DNA from: a virus
Reading direction: 5' to 3' (one strand)
Length of the DNA: 64,000 nucleotides
IMG/VR virus record: IMGVR_UViG_3300042520_001372
This document shows positions 28,749-38,059 of this stretch, one piece after another. The position numbers were made by a program, and so were the translations under genes. Each line of letters begins with the position of its first letter. The stretch's first letter is position 1. Under the pieces are notes generated by a model. The model ran no database searches, had not been told where the DNA came from, and was given only the letters and a program-made list of their open reading frames with translations.

Positions 28749-30638
28749 TTATTCCCTAATTTGTCTCTCATCTAATAAACCTTCTGCATTATTTTGAGAT
28801 TCAAAAACCATCTTTTTACGCACTGGTATCTCATCTAATAACCTAGAGTGTTTTGATAACTGTCTCTTAGTGGTCTCCATTGTAAACGGTGAAGTATTAT
28901 CTCTTCCGTATCCTTGTTGGTCATCTGTCTTCATTGCTTTTCTACCCAATCTATCCATACCTAACGGATCGTTTGTAGTATCAATATTTGAAGCTTTTTC
29001 TTCTGGTCTACCCACTCCTGGTCGGTCTCTATCATATCCAGCAGGTACTGCATCCGGTCTATCGTAGACTCTACCTTTACCGTAAGATGATGCAATATCG
29101 TGCGGAGTACCGTATGATTCTCCAGTCTCCAAAGGATCATTTCCTTCGTTTTCAATCTGAGACATTCTAAATTTACGCTTAGCATCTTGTAGGATTAACT
29201 CTCTCATCTCATCGTACTGATCTGTACTTAAGTGGAAGATATTATCGTAGATCCAATCAGAAGAAATCAATTGAGAATCCATCATTGTTTGAGCTAACTC
29301 AATCTTTTCTTTCATCAACATCACTCTTTCCTGATCATAAATGATAGAAGGTGTTGTTAACGATAATTCAAAGTTAGTTAATGATTCATCTCTGTATCCC
29401 TGAATGTATAAGTGCACAAATGCAATCTTATATAGTTCAGAAACCATAATTCTTTGTAGTTTCTCTACTGTTCTACCGAAGCGAATATCTTCTGCAGCAA
29501 GTGTTGCTTTACCTTGTAACTTTTCATCATACCCTAAGAATGCTTTTGGAATTCTTAAAGCAGCGAATAGCTTATCTCTTAAGTAATTTACGTCTGTAAT
29601 ACCATCGTACTGTAGACCACCTAATGTTTCGATCTTAGTTGATGAATCATTACCTCTCATGGGGATATAAAAATCCTCCATTAAGTTCTGCATGTTGTAC
29701 TTTAAGTTATATTCACCTGTTTGTTGGTCGATATAAGGAGTACGCTTCATTTTAGAGATAGCCTTCTGCATAAAGTTTTCTACCTCTGCAGGAGGAATAC
29801 CACCTACGTTCATATAGAATACTCTCTTCTCAGGAGCTCTTACAATCCTGTGAATTAACATAGCATCTTCCATCAAAGTATACTGCTTAAATAATTTACG
29901 AGCAGGTTCAATGTAAGAACGGCCGTATGGTAGGTAGTTTACATCTGTTAATAAACGGAAGTGAGCTATTTCATAGTTATCAAAGTAGATTGACTTAGCA
30001 TCACTCTGGTTTGGAGTTTTAAAATACCCGTAAGTATCTGCTGCTAATCCATCAGGGTCATATCTGTACCTTACTGCTGTTGGATTTTCTGGATCGTAGT
30101 TTTCCTGCCTCTCTATGTTAAAAGCAGAGAAAGGAATAACATTATAAACACCGTACTTTTCTGAAGCTTCTAATTTTAAAAAGAAATCCCCGTACTTACA
30201 CATGTTTCTGATCCACCAACTTAAATTAAATTCAATATTTAATACATCGTAGAATAAGTTGTAAAGGATTTTCTGAATGTTCTCATCAGAAGACCTAATA
30301 TGTAGAACCTCTCCCATATCATTCTTAAGGGTAGATTCTTCAGAGAGAATATCAAGAGCAGAAGCAATGATTGCATCTGTATCCATTGCATCGTACTCAG
30401 AATATAATTGAGTTCTTAATGTTTGATAGTTAAATGAAGACTGGTATCCGTAGAGAGATGTAGGTGATGTAGTGTATATTCTATTGTACCTAGCCATTAA
30501 AGAGTTATTTTCTAACTCTCCTGACATTTGAATTTGGTTTGTATCTGCTACAGATAACTGATTACCTCCGACGTTCCGAATAATAACATCTGTAGAAAAA
30601 AGTCTACGTAATCTTGAAAATATACTAGTATCAGCCAT
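28749..30638 (-). CDS. gp20: Portal protein (T4 gp20-like)
   Basis: LMEDAMLIHRIVRAPEKRVFY, EDFYIP, IETLGG, KLFAALRIPK. Confidence 0.93.
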   Translation of the reverse strand: MADTSIFSRLRRLFSTDVIIRNVGGNQLSVADTNQIQMSGELENNSLMARYNRIYTTSPTSLYGYQSSFNYQTLRTQLYSEYDAMDTDAIIASALDILSEESTLKNDMGEVLHIRSSDENIQKILYNLFYDVLNIEFNLSWWIRNMCKYGDFFLKLEASEKYGVYNVIPFSAFNIERQENYDPENPTAVRYRYDPDGLAADTYGYFKTPNQSDAKSIYFDNYEIAHFRLLTDVNYLPYGRSYIEPARKLFKQYTLMEDAMLIHRIVRAPEKRVFYMNVGGIPPAEVENFMQKAISKMKRTPYIDQQTGEYNLKYNMQNLMEDFYIPMRGNDSSTKIETLGGLQYDGITDVNYLRDKLFAALRIPKAFLGYDEKLQGKATLAAEDIRFGRTVEKLQRIMVSELYKIAFVHLYIQGYRDESLTNFELSLTTPSIIYDQERVMLMKEKIELAQTMMDSQLISSDWIYDNIFHLSTDQYDEMRELILQDAKRKFRMSQIENEGNDPLETGESYGTPHDIASSYGKGRVYDRPDAVPAGYDRDRPGVGRPEEKASNIDTTNDPLGMDRLGRKAMKTDDQQGYGRDNTSPFTMETTKRQLSKHSRLLDEIPVRKKMVFESQNNAEGLLDERQIRE

Positions 30639-30666
30639 TGTGTAGTGTTAATATAAGTATAAATAG

Positions 30667-32241
30667 TTAATAAATCCAGCTTATATCTTCTTTTCCTCCT
30701 TTACCATTGTCGATCTCATAGGGATTAGCTACGTGAGAGGGTAGGTAAACACCTTGGTAAGTAGGTCTTGTAACTGATATGTTGTTTAATGCATTACGGG
30801 TTAGGTCCAATCCCTGCTGTCTGAATTTTAATGCAGTATCCCTAATGTACATAGCAATACCAAAAGCCATAACTAAGTCGTCATTATAACCGTGCTGTGC
30901 TTCTGCTTTACCATTCTTCCATATAAACACTTTCATCTCTTCGATTAAACGTTTAGAACGTATGGTAACTGCTTTCTCATTAACGTACTCTTGAAACTTA
31001 CCAACAACTAGCGGTCTAGTTCTTGAATTCATAGAGAATCCAGCAACCATATTTGAGTTATAATCGTATTGGTCGAAGTAAGAATCGGCAGTCATGTTAC
31101 CTCCTTTTGGTGAGTAGTATAGGTTAAGATATCCTCTATCAATGACAGTCTGAATTGTTGACCATCCAATGGATGCGTTTTCAATTACTAATAATGCTTC
31201 ATTATACTCACTGGCTATGCCTACTAGTAGGTATCCAAATTCTTTAGTTCCTAGTTGTCCTTTGTATTCTCCAACTTGAGAATTGTTTTCAATATCAATA
31301 ACATGGAAGCTTGAAAAGTCTTTTCCATCACCTCTAGCTACGTCAGCAACTACCATGTAACTTCTTGAGTAATCAACAGGTTCCCAGATCCATAAGTTGT
31401 GGTCTACACCACGTCTTTCCATTGGGTCAGCCATGTAGGTCTGCTGGTAAAACTCTAAATACTCGCCATAGAATACAGTATCCCCTGATGTTGAGAAGTC
31501 ACAGTCACATTCTTGTGCTGCAAGTCTTGGGTCACCCAGTAAATTATCTTGAGCATCTCTCCAAGTCTGATCTCTTTCAGGATGAACGTACCAAGGTAAC
31601 TTAATTGGTAAAAATTCATTCTCTTTTGCTTCCCCCCTAACCCAGGTTTGGTGAAACCAGTTACCAGTTCCGTTAGGAGTTGATAGTACAATAGCACCAC
31701 CACCCGTTGCTAAGGTCTGTTGAGCTGATGCCCATGTCTCTCCGATGTTATCGATGAAGGCCGCCTCGTCAATTAACAGTAGTGATACAGCTTCTGAACG
31801 AGCAGCATCTGAATTTGATGATTTAGCTGTGATTTTAGATCCGTTTGAGAGTCGTAAACTTAATTTGTTCTTTTCTTCTGCATCAATTCTCAGCCAAGAA
31901 GGTAAATTTTCGTACATAAACTGTACTTTTGACACCAAGTTACGTGCAGTTGCCTGCGTAGTCGCTAAGGTTAAAACGTTCTTGTCTTTGTGAAAAAGCA
32001 TTAACCATAGTGCATATCCTGCACCTAAAGTCGAAATACCTAACTGTCTTGACTTTAAAATAATAGAATATGGGTTATCTTGAAAGTGTTTTAGTACTGT
32101 TTCCTGAAAAGGGTATAAATGAAATAGAATCCTCCCTCTTAGTGGGTGCTGAATGTAGCAGTATTTCTTCATAAAGTGTACGGGATCAACCACGCACTTA
32201 ACGTACTCCTGTCTAATAATTTGTTTTAAATCTTGACTCAT
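30667..32241 (-). CDS. terL: Terminase large subunit (T4 gp17-like)
   Basis: LYPFQ, KSRQLGIST, LLIDEAAFI, STPNG, DVARG, DDLVMA. Confidence 0.95.
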   Translation of the reverse strand: MSQDLKQIIRQEYVKCVVDPVHFMKKYCYIQHPLRGRILFHLYPFQETVLKHFQDNPYSIILKSRQLGISTLGAGYALWLMLFHKDKNVLTLATTQATARNLVSKVQFMYENLPSWLRIDAEEKNKLSLRLSNGSKITAKSSNSDAARSEAVSLLLIDEAAFIDNIGETWASAQQTLATGGGAIVLSTPNGTGNWFHQTWVRGEAKENEFLPIKLPWYVHPERDQTWRDAQDNLLGDPRLAAQECDCDFSTSGDTVFYGEYLEFYQQTYMADPMERRGVDHNLWIWEPVDYSRSYMVVADVARGDGKDFSSFHVIDIENNSQVGEYKGQLGTKEFGYLLVGIASEYNEALLVIENASIGWSTIQTVIDRGYLNLYYSPKGGNMTADSYFDQYDYNSNMVAGFSMNSRTRPLVVGKFQEYVNEKAVTIRSKRLIEEMKVFIWKNGKAEAQHGYNDDLVMAFGIAMYIRDTALKFRQQGLDLTRNALNNISVTRPTYQGVYLPSHVANPYEIDNGKGGKEDISWIY

Positions 32242-32642
32242 ATTCCTAATAGTAAACCTGAGATCATCGAAGCAATACTGACAGCGTAGGCTACTATTTT
32301 AGCTGCATTCAAACGTTTATTTTCTTTCTTATACGTTTCAATGATAGAGTCTTTTTCTTTAATAACCTGCTTATAGTTTATTTCGTTTGCTTTATATTCA
32401 GCAATAGAGCTATCTCTATGAAGAATAATAGTATCTTTTGCAAAGATAATTTCCTTCATTGTTGTGATAGAATCACGGGCAAAACCTAATTGCTTCCCGC
32501 AGTACACTCTTTCCTCTTTTACAATAATTGCTTTTCTTAAAGCATTACAAGGTACACAGCAAGTATCACTTGAAACTTTCTGTGAATAGAGATGCGACAT
32601 CGCTATTAGACATAGCACTAATACGCTTAAGATCTTCTTCAT
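32238..32642 (-). CDS. Secreted/membrane coiled-coil protein (possible spanin component)
   Basis: N-terminal signal-like segment, coiled coil, C-terminal hydrophobic helix; overlaps the upstream gene. Confidence 0.45.
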   Translation of the reverse strand: MKKILSVLVLCLIAMSHLYSQKVSSDTCCVPCNALRKAIIVKEERVYCGKQLGFARDSITTMKEIIFAKDTIILHRDSSIAEYKANEINYKQVIKEKDSIIETYKKENKRLNAAKIVAYAVSIASMISGLLLGI

Positions 32643-32904
32643 GTTGTTTATGTTCTTTAGCAGCTTCAGCTGCGGTTTTACCTAGTTTATTTTCAAGTTT
32701 TAAAACCCTAGCTTTTTGTACGTCAACTAAAGAATCTAGCTCCATTATTTTTTGATTGTGTAATTCGATTTCGTTATTTAACGAATCAATCCTTTTTTCA
32801 AAAATAGAGGTATCTGGTAGTTTTTGTTGAGGCTTAATAAAGCGAGTGTAAGCAATACCTCCTGCAAATAGTAGGACGATAATCCAAATTATGATTTGTT
32901 TCAT
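32566..32904 (-). CDS. Membrane-anchored coiled-coil protein (possible i-spanin)
   Basis: N-terminal TM helix followed by a long coiled coil. Confidence 0.45.
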   Translation of the reverse strand: MKQIIIWIIVLLFAGGIAYTRFIKPQQKLPDTSIFEKRIDSLNNEIELHNQKIMELDSLVDVQKARVLKLENKLGKTAAEAAKEHKQHEEDLKRISAMSNSDVASLFTESFK

Positions 32905-33164
32905 GACTTATGTATTTTTAACTTCAGTGTGCCGGTTCCTTTTATTACCCGGTGCCACTCATGTCTCTTTATAAATATAGACTCATTTAAAGAAGTTGGC
33001 AACTGGTTATCTAGCTGTAACTTCCAATCTGTTTCTCCAAGTATCTCCACGGTTCTATCTTCATCATCTCTATGCCATAGTAATTCTATGGGGTCTATGT
33101 TTTCGTTAAACTCACGAATGGTATACTCGTTAGTAACTTCTAGGTCAATGTAAGGTTTCTCCAT
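32901..33164 (-). CDS. Small cupin-like protein
   Basis: LWHRD.E...WHRVIKG cupin-like His motifs. Confidence 0.6.
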   Translation of the reverse strand: MEKPYIDLEVTNEYTIREFNENIDPIELLWHRDDEDRTVEILGETDWKLQLDNQLPTSLNESIFIKRHEWHRVIKGTGTLKLKIHKS

Positions 33165-33622
33165 GTTACAACTTCGTCTAATTGTTCTTTAGTCCAATAA
33201 CTATAATAATCAGTAAATTTAAGACTATTTGACTTAGAAGTCAAGTCTGCTAGGTCCTGAACTATCCAAATATAACAATCTGGAAAGGTTGTTGTTACTC
33301 CGTTAATTACAAAAGGGTTTCTAGGATCGCTATCTAAAACTACTTTATTGTTATGTTTAAAGTTACGATTAAGCATTTTAGTTTTAGCTTCTAATGCTTC
33401 TACTTCGTAGAGTTCGTAATTAGGTAGGTAGTAAATACAAACTTTATAAACTTGAACGTTTGCATTACTAATTTGAAATGCAATATCATCGAGGTTTGTT
33501 TCTTCTACAGTGTATTCTTGGTTTGCCACTGCTGATTTAGCAAATGGACAGATCGGCATATTACTTAATTCCGGTCTTGGTATAATTAAATGGTTAAACC
33601 ATTCTTTAAGCTTGCTTATCAT
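33140..33622 (-). CDS. Hypothetical protein (DUF1415-like CPFA motif)
   Basis: NMPICPFAK near the N-terminus. Confidence 0.45.
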   Translation of the reverse strand: MISKLKEWFNHLIIPRPELSNMPICPFAKSAVANQEYTVEETNLDDIAFQISNANVQVYKVCIYYLPNYELYEVEALEAKTKMLNRNFKHNNKVVLDSDPRNPFVINGVTTTFPDCYIWIVQDLADLTSKSNSLKFTDYYSYWTKEQLDEVVTWRNLTLT

Positions 33623-34040
33623 TCTTTTCGTCTGTTATTGGCCCACCAACAACCCAAGCATCACAAGTTCTAGCAGCTGCACATTTGAACTTTAAGAACC
33701 TACAGTAACCTAAATCACCAGCTTCAATAACATCAAAAGGATCTTCAGAACCTTCATCGTCACCTATTCCTTTTGCAATACAGTCTAGAGTCTTTTTTGT
33801 TATATCAAATGCTGCACAATTACCGCAGAGTGACTTTTTAGCTTCTCCTGCTGAATCAAGCTTCCACATATCAACTTTAGCTTGCCAAAACTTCTTATTA
33901 GGTTCATTAGGATTTAATGGTCCGTATCCATACTCATTAATTGCCTTCTGCCTATTTTCAAGGTTAAGTTCAATATTTTGAGTAGGTGCAGGGCATTTTG
34001 CTATCTCTGCTTCACTTAATATGTCTAATAAGTTTATCAT
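33606..34040 (-). CDS. Cys-rich protein with MINLLDILSE tag
   Basis: CGNC...C...GYC...C...CDAW; N-terminal tag shared with neighbours. Confidence 0.65.
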   Translation of the reverse strand: MINLLDILSEAEIAKCPAPTQNIELNLENRQKAINEYGYGPLNPNEPNKKFWQAKVDMWKLDSAGEAKKSLCGNCAAFDITKKTLDCIAKGIGDDEGSEDPFDVIEAGDLGYCRFLKFKCAAARTCDAWVVGGPITDEKNDKQA

Positions 34041-34046
34041 TTTCTT

Positions 34047-34100
34047 TTATTCACGTTAGATGTATTTGTCTGTAACTTCTATGTCTGTGTATGGGGTCAT
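34047..34100 (-). pseudogene. 5' remnant of the cupin-like gene
   Basis: Reads MTPYTDIEVTDKYI*RE*, aligning with MEKPYIDLEVTNEYTIRE of 32901-33164. Confidence 0.75.
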
Positions 34101-34107
34101 TATGTAA

Positions 34108-34560
34108 TTATTTAATTTTAACTATTATTTCATCTCCATTAGTTTCAACTTTAGCACCAGGATAACTATGCTTAACATAACGTAAATATAAATTTGCTCT
34201 AGAACTATTATCAACTGCCCCTTCTTTTTTAACAGGAGTAAATACTAATGTATCAACATCTGGGTGTGTTTTTAAATCTTGTTTTACTATAGCAATTACA
34301 GTTGCCATAATTTTAAATAAATCACCTCTATTAGTTTCTATATCGTAACGTTCTTGGTCAGGATCTTCTTCATTAGGTACAAAAAATGAAATTTCTATTT
34401 CATTATCTTCATAATTGGTAATATGTACTGAGTATGGGTAATGGGATGTTTCGAAACCATAGTATCTTTCTTCATCATAAGGACTTCCGTAAAATTCAAA
34501 TTTATACGGTTGTGAACTTGCATCACCTATTTCTTTTATTATATCTAATAAGTTTATCAT
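34108..34560 (-). CDS. Hypothetical protein with MINLLDIIKE tag
   Basis: 150-aa ORF; shared tag. Confidence 0.65.
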   Translation of the reverse strand: MINLLDIIKEIGDASSQPYKFEFYGSPYDEERYYGFETSHYPYSVHITNYEDNEIEISFFVPNEEDPDQERYDIETNRGDLFKIMATVIAIVKQDLKTHPDVDTLVFTPVKKEGAVDNSSRANLYLRYVKHSYPGAKVETNGDEIIVKIK

Positions 34561-34874
34561 TTTTTATTTCTAATAATAAGTTCACCTAAAACTTCTAAAC
34601 GTCCCATTTCTCTTTGAAACTCAATTTGAGTCATATCTAAAGAGATTTTTTTATATGTTTCGTCAAACTCTTTTTTAGTTGCTTCCATATCTAATTTACC
34701 TGCAGCTGCTTTTGTGTAGTATGGTAATTTAACTTTAAAGTGATGCCAAGTTAAAAGAGATAACCCTCCTTTTTCATGAGCAGAGTTAGAAATTTTAGCA
34801 GCACCTTTTCCTCGGGTTTCTGCAAATTCTTGAAAAGATTCTTTAACTTCTTTTAATATGTCTAATAAGTTCAT
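34557..34874 (-). CDS. Hypothetical protein with MNLLDILKE tag
   Basis: Start reassigned to the ATG at 34874 (ATGA overlap with the upstream stop); shared tag. Confidence 0.65.
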   Translation of the reverse strand: MNLLDILKEVKESFQEFAETRGKGAAKISNSAHEKGGLSLLTWHHFKVKLPYYTKAAAGKLDMEATKKEFDETYKKISLDMTQIEFQREMGRLEVLGELIIRNKK

Positions 34875-35317
34875 TTCTTTTTCTTTTTCTTTTTTTTCCA
34901 ACTTCCGCCTCTTTTTTTATACCATTTAGAGGCCCATAAATTAGCGTAAGCTGATGGATATGTATCAAATTTAGCTCTAGCAGCTGCTGTAGCTCTAGAC
35001 CATAACTCCTTGTTTATTGGTGTATAATCTGATTCTAAGATTTGTAGTATTTCTGTAACTCTTGCTTTTTTAGTGTTTGCAACAACTTGTGCAGATGTTT
35101 TTTTCTTTTTCTGTGCAGTTGCTGCTCTTTCAGATTTAGATAGTGACTGTGCTTTGGCTTGAGGTAAGCATCGATCAGGCCTTTGTTTATTTTTTGAAGT
35201 CCCACAAGCACCTGCAATATCACCGTCGGAATCTATACGTACCCACTTCTCTTTAACCCAGTCTCTAAGACTGCGCTCTTCTAGTACTTTTCTTATAAGT
35301 AGCTCTAAGTTTTCCAT
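34871..35317 (-). CDS. Basic hypothetical protein (probable head-internal)
   Basis: LIRKVLEE leader; EKWV...CG...CLP and YPSAYAN...YKKRGG modules; poly-Lys C-terminus. Confidence 0.6.
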   Translation of the reverse strand: MENLELLIRKVLEERSLRDWVKEKWVRIDSDGDIAGACGTSKNKQRPDRCLPQAKAQSLSKSERAATAQKKKKTSAQVVANTKKARVTEILQILESDYTPINKELWSRATAAARAKFDTYPSAYANLWASKWYKKRGGSWKKKKKKKK

Positions 35318-35318
35318 A

Positions 35319-36335
35319 TTACCAGAATCCTGAATAAGATCCTTTCAAGCCTAATAGAGAAGCATATCTTGGTAGTCTACAAGACCAGTAACCTGGTTTT
35401 GTTTTATCTTTCTTTTCAGCACAGTTATGTCTTTTTGCAAAGTTTGTTCTGGCTTCTGAATCGTTTATTTTTGCTTTTAACCCTGTTGTACCTCCGAAAG
35501 AAACTTTCTGTACTTTCTTAGTTTTAGGATTCATTACGTAAACGTAGAACTTTTTAGCTCCACCTCTCTTAGGTTTTCCTAAAGCTACTTCTTCTCCTTG
35601 GTATTTAGCTTCAGTTAGTGAAGTTTCGTATGTACTAACATCATTCATTAAATCATACCATTCCTCTAAAGATGCATTTTTAATAAATCTTAAAGCATTC
35701 CTAAAGTCTTTAAACTCTAAAAAATTTACTAGCTTAGAATCGTTGTAAAGTCTTCTTAGTAAATCTTTAACGTTACTTGACTTGATATTAACTTCCTTAA
35801 GGTTTACTTCCTCTAGTCTACCGCTAATGTGGTGGATAAAGCCATAACCCTTAAGTTTTTCTTGAAGGTCATGTAGGTTAGTTGCATCAAAATCATACTC
35901 GTTAGTATTGACGTAGAAGTCTTTTCCGTTGTAGTTTTTGTAAACATCTGCCATATTACCTTCATCATCTCCATAAGTTGCAATATGCTCTTTAGAGTAG
36001 AAGGTGCCTTCGTCAAGCATTGGCAAATCTAAAGCAACTCTATCTCCTTCGAACATTCCATATTCTCCTAAATTTGACTCAAGAAGAATGTGTTCATCTT
36101 CATCTCCTACACTCAGAATATTTCTAGAATATAAAGTTCTAGCCTCTCTCCACAAATCTAAAAAAGCTGTTGACCCATATCTAAAAGTATTCTCTGTTAA
36201 AGGCTTTTCATTATTGATATGGTATAAAAGGTTTTCTGAAATTCGTTGTGAAAAAATTATCCCTTCCGTAAGCAGAGGTGCTTTGTTTCCGCAAGAATTG
36301 CATCCACAAGAACAGGATTTAGTCTCGGTACTCAT
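35319..36335 (-). CDS. Multi-module hypothetical protein (probable head-internal)
   Basis: CSCGCNSC N-terminus; C-terminal KKFYVYV...VSFG...FAKRHNC...YWSC module; several LxE sites. Confidence 0.6.
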   Translation of the reverse strand: MSTETKSCSCGCNSCGNKAPLLTEGIIFSQRISENLLYHINNEKPLTENTFRYGSTAFLDLWREARTLYSRNILSVGDEDEHILLESNLGEYGMFEGDRVALDLPMLDEGTFYSKEHIATYGDDEGNMADVYKNYNGKDFYVNTNEYDFDATNLHDLQEKLKGYGFIHHISGRLEEVNLKEVNIKSSNVKDLLRRLYNDSKLVNFLEFKDFRNALRFIKNASLEEWYDLMNDVSTYETSLTEAKYQGEEVALGKPKRGGAKKFYVYVMNPKTKKVQKVSFGGTTGLKAKINDSEARTNFAKRHNCAEKKDKTKPGYWSCRLPRYASLLGLKGSYSGFW

Positions 36336-36348
36336 ATGGTATAAATAG

Positions 36349-36924
36349 TTACCTCTTCCGGTTAAACCAATTTACTAATACTTGATACTGTCTAGGGGTG
36401 GCAAAGTAGCTCTGCTTTTTAATGGTATCTAAGACTTTATAGATATAGTTATCTCTTCTATTAAGGTCAGCCCATCTTTTCCATTTATTCCAAGCAGCTT
36501 CTCCGGTTAAATTTATACCCCCGCTTTTAAAAGATAGCGGTATTTTATCCAAAGCTTCTTTTATGGCATATACTTTTCCACCGCCTTTTAGTGCAGTTAC
36601 TGTGTTTAAATTAACTGTTCTGTAAGCTTGTTTTCCTAAATCCCATAAAATAACATAACCATGTTCATCTGGATTGTATTTTAATCCTGCTCCGGTAATG
36701 TTTTTCTGAACTCCGGTACGCGTGTTAATGGTTCTAATGCTTCCGTCTTTTTTTCTATATACGACGGTCATAATTTTACCTTTACTATTTTTTAGAATAT
36801 AACGCAACTGCTCCTTACTTAAGGTATCAATTCCAGGCAAAGGTTCTGGCTCTTCTGGATTTTCTTCTTCCAGAAGTGCATACATTTTATTGATTAAATC
36901 TTCAAAAAGGATATCCTCCATCAA
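36349..36924 (-). CDS. SH3/WYL-like beta-barrel protein
   Basis: TVVYRKKDGSIRT...WDLGKQAYRTVNL pattern. Confidence 0.55.
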   Translation of the reverse strand: MMEDILFEDLINKMYALLEEENPEEPEPLPGIDTLSKEQLRYILKNSKGKIMTVVYRKKDGSIRTINTRTGVQKNITGAGLKYNPDEHGYVILWDLGKQAYRTVNLNTVTALKGGGKVYAIKEALDKIPLSFKSGGINLTGEAAWNKWKRWADLNRRDNYIYKVLDTIKKQSYFATPRQYQVLVNWFNRKR

Positions 36925-36926
36925 TA

Positions 36927-38021
36927 TTAAATATTGAAGTAAGTCTGGTTTTGTAATCCTTTTTCGCTATCCCATAGGAAAGCTTCTGCAGATTTTCTAG
37001 CTCCGATGTATCCTTTCTTATGATGCCAGCTATCAGTCCCTGATAATGAGTTCATAAATCTTACGATTACTCCTTGGTATTCGTTGGTAGATTTAAGCTG
37101 AGTTTCTTTCTTGTGGTGTAAATGACCTAAGTGAAATTCACGGTAGAAAGTCTTAGCCCACTGTACAGGATTCTCTTGAGCCATAATCATCGGTAAGTCT
37201 GTAATTTTTTCATTGTTACCGTGTGTATATCCAATTAAACATTTACCAAACATATAGTACTTACGTGGGTTTGCACTGTTATCTACCACTACATTCTGAT
37301 TGTTTGAAAACCAACCCTCTAAAGAATCTCCTAAGTAGAAAGTTCTTTCGTAGTCGTGGTTACCTGGTATAATTTTAATTTCAACAGGGGCAAGCTGTGT
37401 TAGCTTCTGTACGTTGCTAATAATTAATTCTCTTCCTTTTCTGAATGTATTCTGCCAACGAGCATCTTCTTCTTGAGGAGTACCGCTTGTTGTAGAATTG
37501 AATGGATGAGATCTATCTGAGTTAAAGAAGTCGTTTCCAATTGGTAGAAGAATCTTTTCAATATTGTGGTTTCTGTAAGTATTGATAAAATATTCAATAC
37601 AGTCGTTAAAACGCTTGGTCGCAATATCGATGCTGTAGTTTTCACCCACTTCTTCATCCCAAGCTACTTTCCCAAAGTGTAAATCGAAAACGTTGATCTC
37701 TAATAACTTAGGAGTTTCTAAAGATAAAGTTCTTTTGTATTCTTTAACTGATGGTGATAGTTTTTTAAGGTCTTCTAAGAATTGTGTTCTTAGTACATTT
37801 AAATCATAAGCAACTTGCTTTTTCTTTAACCAAAGCTTTACTTGGAATAACGGTGTAGTTACAATTGCTCCGTTAGGGTCTTTAGCCCCTACTTCCCATG
37901 TATTAACTACTTTTTTCTCAATCTCCCAAATTTCTAAGTCGATGTTGTAGATTTCTAATAACTTCTCAATAGTGACAACACGGTTGGTCACCTCAGAGGT
38001 TATAACTTTTTCAGTATTCAT
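36927..38021 (-). CDS. Calcineurin-like metallophosphoesterase
   Basis: DLHFG, GND, GNHD, HG, GHLHH. Confidence 0.8.
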   Translation of the reverse strand: MNTEKVITSEVTNRVVTIEKLLEIYNIDLEIWEIEKKVVNTWEVGAKDPNGAIVTTPLFQVKLWLKKKQVAYDLNVLRTQFLEDLKKLSPSVKEYKRTLSLETPKLLEINVFDLHFGKVAWDEEVGENYSIDIATKRFNDCIEYFINTYRNHNIEKILLPIGNDFFNSDRSHPFNSTTSGTPQEEDARWQNTFRKGRELIISNVQKLTQLAPVEIKIIPGNHDYERTFYLGDSLEGWFSNNQNVVVDNSANPRKYYMFGKCLIGYTHGNNEKITDLPMIMAQENPVQWAKTFYREFHLGHLHHKKETQLKSTNEYQGVIVRFMNSLSGTDSWHHKKGYIGARKSAEAFLWDSEKGLQNQTYFNI

Positions 38022-38027
38022 GTGTTC

Positions 38028-38059
38028 TAAATATAACGATTTTATTTTGTGTTTGCAAC
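38028..38059 (-). promoter_or_regulatory. Bacteroidota-type promoter (GTTG-N20-TATATTTA)
   Basis: 6 nt upstream of the ATG at 38021. Confidence 0.65.

Noticed and set aside
25708-28749. Phage-encoded ribosomal protein bS21 in the head module, as in some large Bacteroidota phages
   Set aside because: No ORF with bS21-like sequence; the 74-aa basic ORF does not resemble it
34875-34901. ORF-track starts at 34901, 61875 and 63023
   Set aside because: Downstream ATGs (34874, 61830, 62987) fit the tag, promoter or overlap patterns; the extensions run through another gene, a terminator or a promoter
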